A stretch of 64,000 bases of DNA, from contig OX597814.1 in assembly GCA_951406725.2 (NCBI GenBank), positions 48,856,001 through 48,920,000 on the forward strand. Reading direction: 5' to 3'. Under the pieces are notes generated by a model, which saw only the letters and a list, made by a program, of their open reading frames with translations, searched no databases and was not told where the DNA came from. Both the position numbers and the translations under genes were made by a program. How positions within the stretch are numbered: position 1 is the stretch's first letter; each line of letters starts with the position of its first letter. This document shows positions 1 to 13,371 of this stretch, piece by piece. Source of the DNA: Octopus vulgaris. Its lineage: Eukaryota.

Positions 1-59
1 GTCGGTCACCCACGAGCGTGGTGCATGCATGCGTGTATGCGTGCGCGAACGTGCACAAG

Positions 60-1260
60 CGTGTATGTGCGCGCGCCTGCGAGTGTGTGTGTAAGTATGT
101 ATGTGTGTGGATGTGTGAGTGTGTCTGTGTGTAAGTCTGGGTGTCAGTGTGTCCGATGAATGTATGTAAGTATGTGTGTGTATATGTGTGTATATAGATG
201 TATGTCCGTGTGTGTGTGTGTGTATGTGTATGAGTGTGTATGTATGTACGTGTGTGTGTGGAAGTGTGTGTATGTGCATGTGTGTGCGCGTGCATGCAGG
301 TGTGTGAGTGAGTGTGTGTGTGTATGTGTGAGTGTGTATGTCTGTGTGTGTAGGATACATGTATGTGTATGGGTGTATGTATGTGTGTGTGTGTATGTAT
401 GTGTACGTGCGTGTGTGTGTGTGTATGCATGTATGCATGTATGCGTATGCATGTGCGTATGTGTGTGTGTGTGTGCATGTGTGTAGGTATATATGTATGT
501 GCGTATATGTGTGTGTATGTGCGTACATGTGTGTGAGTGTATGCATGTGTGTGTATGTAGGTGTATGTATGTATGTATGTATGTATGTATGGGTGTGTGT
601 ATGTATGTGTGTGTATGCATGTGTGTGTATGTAGGTGTGTAGGCGTGTGTGTATAGGTGTATGTATGTATGTATGTATGGGTGTATCCGTGTGTGTTTGT
701 GTGTGTGTATGCATGTGTATGTAGGTGTGTGTGTACGTATGTAATATATGTATGTATGCGTGTGTGTGCGTGTGTATGCGTGTGTGTGTGTATGTAGGTG
801 CGTATGTATGTGTGTGGGAGTGTAGGTGTGTGTGTGCGTGTATGTGTGCGTGTGCGTGTATATGTTGGTGTGTGTGTGTGTGTGAGTGTGAGTGTATGGG
901 TGTTTGTCATGCATGTGTGTGCGCGTGCAGGCGAGTGTGTGTGTAAGTATGTGTGTGTGTGTATGTATGTGTGAGTGTGTATGTGTGTATGTCTGTGTGT
1001 ATGTATGTGCGTATAGGAGTATGTAAGTATGTGTGTGTGTATATGTGTGGGTGTATGTATATATGTATGTGTGTGTGTGTGTGCATGTGTGTAAGTATAT
1101 GTGTGTGGGCGTATGTATGTGTATGTGTGTGTGTTTATGTATGTGTGTATGTATGTGTGTAGGCGTGTGTGTATAGGTGTATGTATGTATGGGTGTGTGT
1201 CTGTGAGTGTTTGTGTGTGTGTGTAGGTATGTGTGTATGTATGAGTGAAGGTATGGCTGT
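60..1260. repeat. Degenerate (GT)n/(GTAT)n microsatellite
   Basis: Direct inspection. Confidence 0.95.
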
Positions 1261-1261
1261 G

Positions 1262-1418
1262 TAGGAGAGTTTACGAAAAAAAACAAAAGACGAAGACAGG
1301 TGGTGTACAAAACAAACAGATGTATTAGTATAACGCTCAGGAATAGAAAAAGTCTTTTACGTTTCGAGCCTACGCTCTTCTACAGAAAGGGACACAGAAA
1401 AAAACAAGGAGAGAAAAA
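1262..1418 (-). mobile_element. Small Penelope pLTR-like repeat in a microsatellite, copy 1
   Basis: Homologous to 21777-21985; carries the HHR-like motif. Confidence 0.6.
1353..1390 (-). ncRNA. Minimal hammerhead-like motif (U at core position 6, extra A)
   Basis: Minus strand reads cuuu CUGUAGA A gagc guag gcuc GAAA cg UA aaag; palindromic ACGU stem III. Confidence 0.55.
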
Positions 1419-1487
1419 TATATACATACATACATACATACATACATACATACATACATACATACATACATACATACATACATACAT

Positions 1488-1680
1488 GAATTTGTGTGTT
1501 TGTGTTAGTCCCCCACCATCGGTTGACAACCGATGTTGGTGTGTTTACGTTTCCCGTAACTTAGCGGTTCGGCAAAAGAGACCGATATAATAAGTACTAG
1601 GCTTACAAAAAATAAGTCCTGGGGTCGATTTGTTTGCCTAAAGACGGTGCTCCAGCAAGACCGCAGTCAAATGATTGAAG
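1488..1680 (+). mobile_element. SINE family B, 3' half
   Basis: gtttacgt..cgtaacttagcggttcggcaaaagagaccgat. Confidence 0.82.
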
Positions 1681-2142
1681 ACGCAAAAAAACCCTCTTCA
1701 GTTGAAGTGCTTACCGTGAGTATCATTTGATTTTATACATGCATTCATACATACATTCATACAAACATACATACATACATACATTCTTACGTACATGCAT
1801 GCATGCATACATGCATACATAAATACATACATACATATATACATACATACATTCATATATATATATAGTTGAGAATATGTGGAAAACATAAAAACTGGAA
1901 GAGAAATGCCTTCGTTTCACATAGTTTAATATCTTTTTAAAAGAAATTTTTTTTTATATATAGATATTTTATGGATGTAGTAATATCCAACCGTTTTTCG
2001 CTATATATATATATATATATATATATATGGGGGGGGGTGTAAAAGTGAGAAAAGTTGGTGCAACTGTATTATATATAACGTATGTGTGTGTATGTGTGCG
2101 TGTGTGTAAGCCAAAAAACAATAACTGCACAAACAAACGGTC

Positions 2143-2677
2143 ACCAAATCCTCATCAGTTATCAGCCAGTACAAGGGACCATCAGTTATCAGCCAGAAGG
2201 TCAAACGCAAATTTGCGTCTTCAACGATAATATTACTCCCCTCTGGTGGCGCCGACAATAAGGAGCATCCGGGAAATGGCGAGCCAATGAACAAGGAACC
2301 AAACGTGACAGAAAGTGAACAAATAAACAAGCAAAAAGGCTGAACAAATATGTAATACAGAGAGTGAACATACAATCATGAAATAAATGTGACTCAAGAC
2401 CAGATCGTTAATGGACAGACGAGGGACAAGTACGAAAACAAACAAGACGAAATGTGGGGTCTGACAGGCACATTACTTCATGTTTGTGTTGACTTTCTGC
2501 ATTGCATATTTGATTATTTCTTGTTTGTTCATTTTCTGTCATATTTGGTCCCTTGTTCATTGATTCACCATTTCCCGGAGGCTTCTTGCTGCCGGCGCCA
2601 TCAGAGGGAAGTTATGTTATCGTTGAAGACGCGAAATTGCGTTTGACCCTCTGGTCGATAACTGATGAGGATTTGGT
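2143..2677. repeat. Long imperfect inverted repeat (arms about 2143-2331 and 2520-2677)
   Basis: For example ggtcaaacgcaaatttgcgtcttcaacgataa is the reverse complement of ttatcgttgaagacgcgaaattgcgtttgacc, with minor differences; ccgggaaatgg pairs with ccatttcccgg. Confidence 0.85.
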
Positions 2678-2735
2678 AATCTTCTGCGCCCGTTTCCTGT
2701 TTGTTTTTGCATAAATATATATATACAAAAACGAA

Positions 2736-2789
<54 letters not shown>

Positions 2790-2978
2790 TATGTATATTA
2801 TTACTTTTCTGACATCTTTTTTCATCATTTTATTTTTTTCTGGTAATGGGCTGGCATCCAAAACGTCAAGACTCTTTTAAGCATTAAACTAATAAAGCAT
2901 TTGTTCGAACCTTTCCCTTCTGTGTTGTCTTCATTCTGTGCTGAATGTCTAATATATCTCTTTCTATCAGTATCTAGC

Positions 2979-3120
<142 letters not shown>

Positions 3121-4758
3121 TGTATGTATGCTGCCCTTCTCAGCCGACCCATATCAAACAAAAAAAAAGTAATAAGAAGAAAAGTGAATGGGCGATGAAA
3201 TCCGCTAATAAAGCATAATGAACTTGAAAATTGATTCACTTATCATATCATCGTAATGAAATTAATGAGTTAAGAGACGTTTTGAATATTGAACTAACCC
3301 AACTCAGTTATCTGCCAGAGAACAGGAGATATACTGAATTTTTGTAATGTATATGTAAAGAGAACTGAAGTGCTGATAGCACTTAGTAGAGTTAATAGGT
3401 CAATAGAATCAGCAAGTTATTTTGTAATTAGAATGGGGTGCTTTTCAGACAGAGTAGACGACGTATTTGGTTGTAAGGTTGAAGCGACACGGACGTGAAC
3501 CAGAAAATAGGTTTTATAAATAAACAGATACCTCGTAAGAGGAAGTTGGTTAGCATCAAGAGTATAGCCGATTGATATTAGTGAATGAGTGAGAATAGCT
3601 GGAAGAAGTTTTGCTTGGTAGGCTGGGGTTAGTGTTTTAAGATAGTTGGGAACTAAAGTACGAGATTCCCTTAGGAACGGAAACAACGAACGTTTATAAA
3701 GCGAAGGAGAATTTATTGGATATCTTCGTGTTTATTTTAATAACAGCTTTCACCATTTAGATTTGTTTTGTTTTACTGTCATTGTTTGGCTTGAGAGAAA
3801 ACGGGAGCGTCAGATTTGTTTTGTTACGATTTTATGTTCTGTACATCTATCGAATAAAAGTCTCGTGATCATATTTTATTTTTATTGGGAGAAAAGGACT
3901 TGTAGAGAACAGGAAGGAAAAAAAGATTCAAAATTACGCACTGACTTTTGAGACTGATTCCTAGACCGTTAGGCTTATACTAGTAAATATTATCTTTAAC
4001 TTGTACATAACAATGGAAAGTGTGTTGGTGTCTAGATCGGATAATAAAATATGGATGTGCGACGCTGTTCTCCAATAGTTCAAAACCTACGGACATCCTA
4101 GAGTCAACACTAAATTGCTGGACAGTGGCTAGAGAATACTTTTGACTACCTTAATGGATTTTTACCCGCCCTGAAGCAGTTACAAGGCAGTATGATTGGG
4201 CTTGTAACAAAAGAACAACTGTCAGAATATATTTAATAAATGAGTATGTATATGCGTGTAACTGTGCATCTCCGTACGTACGTACGTACGTACGTACGGA
4301 CGGACGGACGGACGGACGGACGGACTTATGGATGGATGGATGGATGGATGGTTTGTTTTTTTAATCACAAAAATATACTTTTTTTCTAACAACTTAGTGA
4401 AAGGAGGAAGACAACACCCATCGCCACTTTCAAAGACTCCATGACTGGCGGAGTGAGAAGAAAGAAGTTATCCTCGAATCGGAGACAATATTAACCTGAA
4501 TGCTTGCAACAAAATGGACTTCTCTGAAGACACCCAAGGGGCAAGGAGGCGGATTTGAAGTGGGTGACGGACGTATGTTTATATATCACTAAGTTGTACT
4601 TGATGTTGCAGCTTTATTTTGTTATGATGAGTATACGTCGTAGGTCGTATGTGTATATGTATACAGGTGCGTATTTGTGTATACACGTGCACGTGTTTCT
4701 ATATATGTATAATATTAAATAGACATAATACATACAAACATATATAAATAAATACATT

Positions 4759-4804
<46 letters not shown>

Positions 4805-5326
4805 TACATGTATATTTATGTATTCACACACATACATATACACTCACACACACACACATATATGTGTATGTGTGAAAACAAACATCAAAGACGCCTTGCC
4901 AAGTAAAGAGTGCAAGACCTACTTAAAGATGTTACAAGCTCTTTTCCTGGTGGTGACTAAAGCTATTACCCTTTTTGGAACACTTCTGTATTTTCACCAG
5001 CTGCCTCAGTGTCAGAATCGTTTCACCTCTTCTCTTGTATGCTTTGTTTGAGTTGGCAACCAAGACTGAATTAGCTTTCTCTTACAGAAAGGTTTCATCT
5101 GCGGTCTCTTGTCAGCCACATCCAGTTAGAAAGGGTCTCAGATGCTATGGCTATCTCCCTAGCGGTTTATTTTTAAGTTGCCTGGGTTCTAAACAATCAT
5201 CTCTAAGAAATAGTGCACTGATCTTGCTAGAAACCTGCGGCAGTTGTCTTCAATGGCGAATAAGTCTTTGACAAAGCTTTACCAACCACGTCCTGGTGCT
5301 TGAATTCCTTCAGTTGATACTATCTT

Positions 5327-5714
5327 ATTTCTTTATTGCCCACAAGGGGCTAAACATAGAGAGGACAAACAAGGACAGACAAAGGGATTATGTCGATTAT
5401 ATCGACCCCAGGGCGTAACTGGTACATATTTAATCGACCCCGAAAGGATGAAAGGCAAAGTCGACCTCGGTGGAATCTGAACTCAGAACGTAGCGGCAGA
5501 CGAAATACCTATTTCTTTACTACCCACAAGGGGCTAAACACAGAGGGGACAAACAAGGACAGACAAACGGATTAAGTCGATTACATCAACCCCAGTGCGT
5601 AACTGTACTTAATTTATCCACCCCGGCGGAATTTGAACTCAGAACGTAACGGCAGGCGAAATACGGCTACGCATTTCGCCCGGCGTGCTAACGATTCTGC
5701 CAGCTCGCCGCCTT
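5327..5714 (-). mobile_element. SINE family A (tRNA-like head), internally duplicated
   Basis: ggcggcgagctggcagaa head, gagttcaaattcc B box, gcctttcatcctttcggggtcgat core; TSD gttgatac(t/c)atctt. Confidence 0.9.
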
Positions 5715-6498
5715 CGTTGATACCATCTTTGATCTGCTTGTGACAAATTCTGTCTTCCCTGGAATATTTGTGGTTTTATATTCTTATACTCTAAAAACAA
5801 AACAAATACTTTCTATGAGATTTTACGTTGACCATGGTGAAATTAGTTGAAACTTTAGCGCACCAGATTAAAACTGTATTATAGCTTCATTGTTATAGAT
5901 TTTGAATTGAAATATCACAGGTTTTGACTTCAGTGTTCATATATCTGAGTTCGATAAAATGTCCCATTGATATATTCAAGTACCTTTTGCTGGGTACGTT
6001 CTTCCAAGATATAAGTGCTTCTTACAAAACTATCTTTTTTGAGGCTTAAGAATAACATAATAGTATTATACATTTTACCCACATACTGATAAGATTGAAT
6101 AGAATATGTGTTAATGTTTAGCCCACGTCAGTGGCCTTTTCGGAGGAAGAAAATTGTATCCTTTCATCAACAGCGATAAATTGACTTAGGGAAATATAGG
6201 CTATAAAGCTCTTTTCGGAAACTATAAAACAACTGTAGTAGTTTGAACACACTACTAATATAATATATAATATGGCATGTAATCACTTGATGCACTTACC
6301 ATCATTGGTGTGCATTCCAGCACAGTGTTGGATGAGTGGTGGTGGTGTAAGGAGGATATAAGTGTGGCTATTTTTTATGTGTGCGTTATTTATGTCCGTC
6401 TGGGTCATATGGGAGGGTTATGCTGTTGTTGTTCTTTAGTGCCAGGTTAGTATTGATCGAGTACATCAAAGACCTTCCCTGCATACATACATACACAC

Positions 6499-6556
<58 letters not shown>

Positions 6557-6568
6557 GTATGCATGTAC

Positions 6569-6622
<54 letters not shown>

Positions 6623-6741
6623 ATATATATGTATATATATATACGTATGCATGTATGTATATGTATATATATAAATATATGTATGTATATGTATATATAT
6701 ATATGTATCTATGTATGTATGTATGCATATGTATATATATG

Positions 6742-7624
6742 TAATAAATTAATAAATAAATAAAACATATGCATGTATACATACATATATGTACGTACCT
6801 ACCTCTACATGTATATATACATGCATATATGGGTACAGGACACCAAAAAAACGTCGAACACAATGAGAAACGAAAACATAAACACAAAACCAAGGAAATG
6901 GACATTTTTAAAAAACAACGAAAAAATAGAGTACAGGACATACAAAACAAGGAAAATTCCCCTTCTTCAGTCGCCTTAATTTCATCTACTCCACGTTTCG
7001 AAGGTCAAGGTGATACATGACTTCAATGAAATTTTCCTTCCCGCGAAAATCAAATTAAATAAAATTTGAGATTTTTTGCGGAGGGGTAAAAATGGTAACA
7101 AAAACAGGACAGTAACGACAATACAAAATATAAACAGTAAAAGACAGGACAGAAAATAACAGTAATACAAACAAGAAGGGCTGTTAAGCCAAACGAGATG
7201 AAAAAATTTTACGAACGCTATTGTTTGAGGACGGCAGAGAGAACAGATTACCGTCTCTACTTGACGGAGTCCAGGAGAAGAAAGACAGAAATAGCCATCT
7301 CATCACGTGACCGCGACGGGAAGGAGGAGGAGGAGTAAGAGAAGGGAGAGAAAAAAAGGGGGAATGATTGTAGAGAAAAGAATGAAGAATGAGAAAGAGA
7401 GGGAGAGACAGTAAGGTAGAAGAAAAGGAAAGCCAAAGAATGAAGGCTGAGAAAGGGAAGGGAGAGAAAGGTTAAGAGTGCGCGTCATTTTTAATACTAA
7501 GAACAATCTTACTTAGAAAGGGATGCGTGCGTTCTGTCATATAATAAATTAATAAATAAATAAAACATATGCATATATACATACATATATGTACGTACCT
7601 ACCTCTACATGTATATATACATGC

Positions 7625-7628
<4 letters not shown>
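6742..7628. mobile_element. About 710-bp element bracketed by an 87-bp direct repeat (6742-6828 and 7542-7628)
   Basis: taataaattaataaataaataaaacatatgcat...gtacgtacctacctctacatgtatatatacatgcatat occurs twice, 800 bp apart, with 1 mismatch. Confidence 0.7.
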
Positions 7629-7655
<27 letters not shown>

Positions 7656-7859
7656 TGTATGTATGTATGTATGTATGTATGTATGTATGTATGTATGTAT
7701 GTATGTATGTATGTGTATATATATGTATGTATGTATATATAGGGTGAGAGAGTTGGTATGTGAAAGCACGTAGTTAGATGTATAAAAAAACAAAATAGAA
7801 CGAAAACTGCAGAAGATTTGTATTATATGGTGAAAAATATAATAAAATCATCATATTAG

Positions 7860-8745
7860 GAAAATTATATGTAAAATTTTGTGTATAGTGACATTTGTTT
7901 TTGGAGAAATAACCGGTGGTTTCGCATTTTCTTTTCAAATTTCTCAAATTTCTTTACCGATGTTGTGTCATCTATTCGTCATGGTGTTCGGAATAGGGGT
8001 AGGTAATCAGGGATTTTTTTTCGATATAAGGGAGATAATAAAAAATGTTGGGAATGATTAGGTTTTCTTAATTTAACATGATTTGGTTTTGATAGAATAA
8101 AATGTTAGAAATGGTTAAACTTTGGTTTATATTTTTCAATGAGGTAAGTTTCCTTATTTAAAAATGCTAGAAATGGTTAAGTTTTGGCTTATATTTTTCA
8201 ATGAAATAGGTTTCCTTATTTAATCTAACTTGTGTTGATGTCCTAACAGCACATTGATAAAATGGAAAGATTACAAATTGTGGTAGCAGTTGTTTTGAGC
8301 ATCTGTCAATGTGTTCACTAAAGGGTATCATTCTGTATTCTGGGAATGAAATCTACTGAGCAATAATCCCGTGGACCCTATGTAGTTCTGGTGGCAGCCC
8401 GAACATCTAATAACATAAATCAGGTTTTCCGAGGCACAAGTAAAGCCAGATTTTGAATTTTTGTCCCTCTTTAAAAAGGAATTCTGATCCTTCTGGAAAA
8501 ATAGGGCATGTTGCGCAATTTGGTCGGCCACATTTTTTCACTTTTGCGTCCGTTATTTTAGAAAATAATTTTGCCTTTGTGCGGACCTTTTTTAGTGACT
8601 TCGGTTGTTTGTGGCTTTTAATGATCTTATGTGTGTGTAAAATTTCCTTTAATTTGGGGTCCTTATGTAGCATTGGTAGATTTTGGGTAATGATGGTGAA
8701 GGCTTCTTTGTTTCTGGGGTTGTAAGGGGTTGTAAGATGCGGCAA
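7860..8745 (-). mobile_element. Penelope-like element 3' remnant: frameshifted GIY-YIG endonuclease plus 3' region with HHR
   Basis: Frames read KCGRPNCATC, FTCASENLIYVIRCSGCHQNYIGSTG and RLNKETYFIEKYKPKLNHF* (stop near 8168). The last ~62 bp are tandemly duplicated (8099-8222). Confidence 0.88.
7904..7945 (-). ncRNA. Minimal hammerhead (U3-A8 variant) in the 3' region of a Penelope-like element
   Basis: Minus strand reads gagaaau UUGAAAA g aaaaug c GAAA cc acc gg UU auuucuc. 7-bp stem I, 3-bp stem III, single-pair stem II. Confidence 0.6.
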
Positions 8746-8759
8746 AACGTCTCAGGCAA

Positions 8760-9600
8760 GCCCCAGTAACTTCTGCTGCATCTGAAAAGAATTGTACTGT
8801 ATGGCATTGTCGAGAAGAAAGACAATGCCCATGTGATTAGAGACTGCTAGACACTTCTGGTGTATCGCAACGTTTAATTTGTCCAGCTGGTCTCCAGCTG
8901 CACATCCGAATTAACAGTCCTGACTGTGGCAAGAAGCTCGTTAAAGACAACACCCTTCCAATCTTCCAAAATTGAAAGCATGACCTTCTTCAGGTAAAAT
9001 CCTGCTTTGGAGATTGTATCTGGTGGCTCATCGCGCTTCTCTCATTATCGTTTGCGCTTCACATTGTTATAGACGATCCAATTTTCGTCCTCTGTCACCT
9101 TTCTCTTTAAAAAAAAAAAAAGTATAGTTTTCCGCAACGAATAGCAGATGGAAATCCGTTAGGCAAGGTCAGTCTGGTTTGCCTCATGTGACACTCAAGA
9201 ATCGAGCCTGATGACGTAACCAAGTTGATGCAGATGGTTATCAACACCCGATGTTGATATTTGGAGAATATCTGCGATCATTCCGGTCGTATAACGAGGG
9301 TTAATGTTGCTGTTAATCTTTTTTAGAGTGAAGGACATCTTCAACCGAAAAGTTTTTAAATCCACATCTGGCACACACATTTATGCAGGTTTCCACTGCT
9401 TTCTAGCCATATTTTTAAAAAAACGCATGAGGTGTCAATAATGTTCATTTTGGCACTTCATTTTCAGGGTGATCCCAAGCACACAAAATACAACCTGTCT
9501 CGTAAGTTCGCGTAGAATTACGTTGAACTAAGGGTGGTCATGCGCAAGAGATAGGCTGAACTTAGCTACTTATTAGAGTGCTTGAAGCTTAATGACGAAC
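8760..9600 (-). mobile_element. Decayed mariner (Tc1/mariner) transposase
   Basis: Minus strand reads HLHQLGYVIRLDS*VSHE (WVPHEL-like), FLKRKVTEDENWIVYNNVKRKR, KKVMLSILEDWKGVV and GIVFLLDNA, with stops and frameshifts. Confidence 0.88.
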
Positions 9601-9788
9601 ATATACATACATACATATACACACACAAATACATGTATATATATATATATACATACATACAAACATATATATTACATATATGTAGATACATACACACTTT
9701 TATATATACATATACATGCTTACATACATACACACATACATGCATGCGTACATACATACATACATACATACATACATACATACATACA

Positions 9789-9821
<33 letters not shown>

Positions 9822-10082
9822 CATTTACGAATATGACAGAAAACAAGGTGATATAATGACAGCTGGAATGCGGGTTAACGATGAAAAGATTCGATCACCC
9901 GTTCTGCCAACCTCGTTTCCTAAATGCTAACGCGCATTCATATTTCCGTAAATTTTATATTTTCATCAATGCCATTGATAAATAAAATTAATTCACCAAC
10001 GTTCTTACCCACTGGTGCGCTGTATTGTCTCTCTGTTGCACTACAATAATCTTTGCTTTTTGAATTCAATAAGGTCAATACC

Positions 10083-10316
10083 TATTTCTTTACTACCCAC
10101 AAGGGGCTAAACACAGAGAGGACAAACAAGGACAGACAAGCGGATTAAGTCGATTATATCGACCCCAGTGCGTAACTGGTACTTAATTGATCGATCCCGA
10201 AAGGATGAAAGGTAAAGTCGACCTCGGCGGAATTTGAACTCAGAACGTAACGGCAGACGAAATACGACTACGTATTTCGCCCGGCGTGCTAACGTTTCTG
10301 CCAGCTCGCCGTCTTA
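10083..10316 (-). mobile_element. SINE family A
   Basis: Full copy; TSD taaggtcaatacc (10070-10082 and 10318-10330). Confidence 0.92.
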
Positions 10317-11019
10317 GTAAGGTCAATACCACTCTGGCCTAAACCCACTTTATGTACATTTTCTTTTATCCTCTAACCACATCGTTGTCTGTGACAACCA
10401 CACCATCGAACATTTTTCCACACCTCGTGAACTGCAGTTCTTTTTCATCCTCACCATGTACACATTTTCTCCTATAAAACCTCGACTTACAGAAGTTCAA
10501 ACTATACGTCAGTCTACAAGGACTATCGACTCTACTCTCTTCCTCGGACGAGCCAATCACTTTAGCCACAACCCACCCAATCAACCTACGAGAACTAGTA
10601 AGATACTACCACCCAAATCAAACCCTACTGTCTTGAAAAAGAAGAGGCGTAGTCACAGCTGGAATACCTTTCATAGCGGGTCTGCTCGATCAGAAGTTTC
10701 ACCTGGGATTAAAATAACAACTCTCTTCCTCTAATTAATAATAAATTATAAGTCCTGTAAGATTGTGATTAACATAATCAAACGAAGTCAGTAAAGTCAA
10801 ACAAATGTATGAATGGCATTTGTTATGCGTTAGTGGGACCAAGAAAACATTGAAGGTTTCTGGTAGGATTCTTCAGCCCTTCATCGAACACGAATTCACG
10901 AACAGACTAATACATTTTCCATAGGAAATAGTTGTGTTTTCCTTAGAAATATCGAAATTGATAGCTTATCATTCAAAGAACAGATCGACTCAAATCACAT
11001 GTTCATGCACCCCCCCCCC

Positions 11020-11365
11020 CCCCACACACACACACATGCACGCAACACACTCTCATATACACACAAATACATACCCTTACATACTTATGCGCGCACACAC
11101 ACACATACATACATACATACATACATATGCATACATACACACACACATACATACATACATACATACATATGCATACATACACACACACATACATACATAC
11201 ATACATACATACACACATACATACATACATACATATGCATACATACACAAACACATACATACATACATACATATGCATACATACACACATACATACATAC
11301 ATACATACATACATACATACATACATACATACATACATACATACATACATACATACACGCGCACA
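11020..11365. repeat. (CATA)n/(CA)n compound microsatellite
   Basis: Direct inspection. Confidence 0.95.
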
Positions 11366-12127
11366 CTTTCCTTTATCCTCGCGAAAGTTTAAATTTGAAT
11401 GATTCTTTAAACGAAAAACTTATACAATTTTATTTTGTTCTTCTTTCATTGTCTTTCTCCTTCGTTCCTTTTTTTCCGACTGAACTAAATTTCTTTCATT
11501 CTCATAACTTTCGCAAACTGTTTTTGCTTTTTGTTTTGTTTCTCTTTTTTCGTCTTCTCACCACCACCACCACCACCACCACCATCACTTCTTACCTTCT
11601 CATATTCTTTTTTTCTTTTCGTTTTTTTTTTTTTTTTTTTTTTTGTTTCCTCCTTCAGCTTGTCTGTTCCCTTTCGTTTCAAGATTGTCAGGGTGTAATA
11701 ACTATCTCTACATTTTCAAAGGGCTTCCTTAGCATCACCTTTACCATCTGCCGTCTCCGCTGCTACACCATCACCGTTGCTGCCATTGCTGTTCTGCTGC
11801 TGTTTCTAAGGGGTGGGAGATAGAGGGTGAACGATGGTCGGGTGGGGTGGGGCTAAAAGGCCGGTAAGGGTTCCTCAAACTGCTTCAGGTGGAAGGAAGT
11901 AAAGTGGAGACAGAGGATAGAGAGAAAAAGGGGCAGAGAGGGTAATAATGCAATTGGATGATGCGTTGCATCACATTCTGATGTCGTCACAAAAGTCACA
12001 CCATTACTAAAAAACACTTCGAAATACCTTAAAACCTATCTTCCTCTTTCCAACATCCTTCAGCCTTCATTATTCTTCCCTTTATATTCCCCTACCACTA
12101 ATTATCTCACTCTCACTCCCTACCTAC

Positions 12128-12213
<86 letters not shown>

Positions 12214-12826
12214 GTCTATCTATCTGTATGTCTATCTGTCTGTCTATCTAGTCTTCGCTCAGTCTATCGTCCAATCTATCTAAATCTCTTTTTGTCGACT
12301 TCATTAACTTCTATCTATTTACCTACATACCTTCTCTGCATACATATTTAAAGCCATCTCTCACTCTCTCTCTCATTCATTCTTTCTTTCCCCCTCCACA
12401 CATACATGCATGCAGACATACATACATACATACATACATACATACATACATACATACATACATACATACATACATACATACATACATACATACGTCTGTG
12501 TATGTGCACCACACACACACATACCCCTCCATCCAACCAACAAAAACTCATACAAAACAACCAACAATCCCACACATACTTCTGATGCCCCCTCCGACAC
12601 CCTTCCACATCCTTCTTCCCTTCCCATAATTACTTCTATATTTTATTCATTCTCTCTTTCTTTCTTTCTTTCTTTCTTTTTTTTCTCACTTTTCTTTTAT
12701 TCTTCATTTCTTTTCACCACCGTTCCCCTTGTTATGCCGACAAGCTTGTTGTTTTGTGAGACTAATCAGTAAGCAGTCAGGTCTCGAACTTCTGCGAACA
12801 TTATTCTATCTATCATAGAAAAATAT

Positions 12827-12873
<47 letters not shown>

Positions 12874-13308
12874 GTGTTTACATTTCATCATCACCTTTAT
12901 GCACTCACGCTCGCGCACATATTTGAACTGTTTCATAGTTTGAAATAAGCGAAATCGAAGGCATATCAAATCACACGTGACACGCAAAAATACCAAAGTT
13001 GACCGAAAAGATTTAAAAAAAAAAAAAAATGACCAAGGGTAAAACGCAGATCGATAACCAATTACGCGGCACGGCCCCAAGCACGCAGCAAAAGCTTACA
13101 GTAAGTGAACGTTATTATATTAATTTTATACTTGTGCGCGCGCGCGTGAGTGTTTGTATGTGTGTGTGTTTTTTTTTTTTACATATGCATACCTATACAT
13201 AATGACAAGTACTCTCAGATATAAAGCATTTACTAATGTGCTACAAAAATAATTGCGCCAGTGCAACATGTCATATACATATACATACACGCATACATCA
13301 TATAAACA

Positions 13309-13371
<63 letters not shown>

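Noticed and set aside
144-1310. 388-aa His/Thr/Tyr-rich ORF and the many similar ORFs (YIYI, VCVC, HTHT, poly-G/P/M/S)
   Set aside because: They are translations of stop-free microsatellites with no protein-like content.
2836-2872. Degenerate hammerhead-like string ctggtaa..aaaacgtc
   Set aside because: Too many core mismatches.
3417-3686. 89-aa ORF, possibly a retroelement remnant
   Set aside because: Only a vague resemblance; no diagnostic motif.
6955-7030. Minus-strand GAAACG...CTGAAGA suggesting a type II hammerhead
   Set aside because: The cleavage triplet would be GUG and stem I does not fold.
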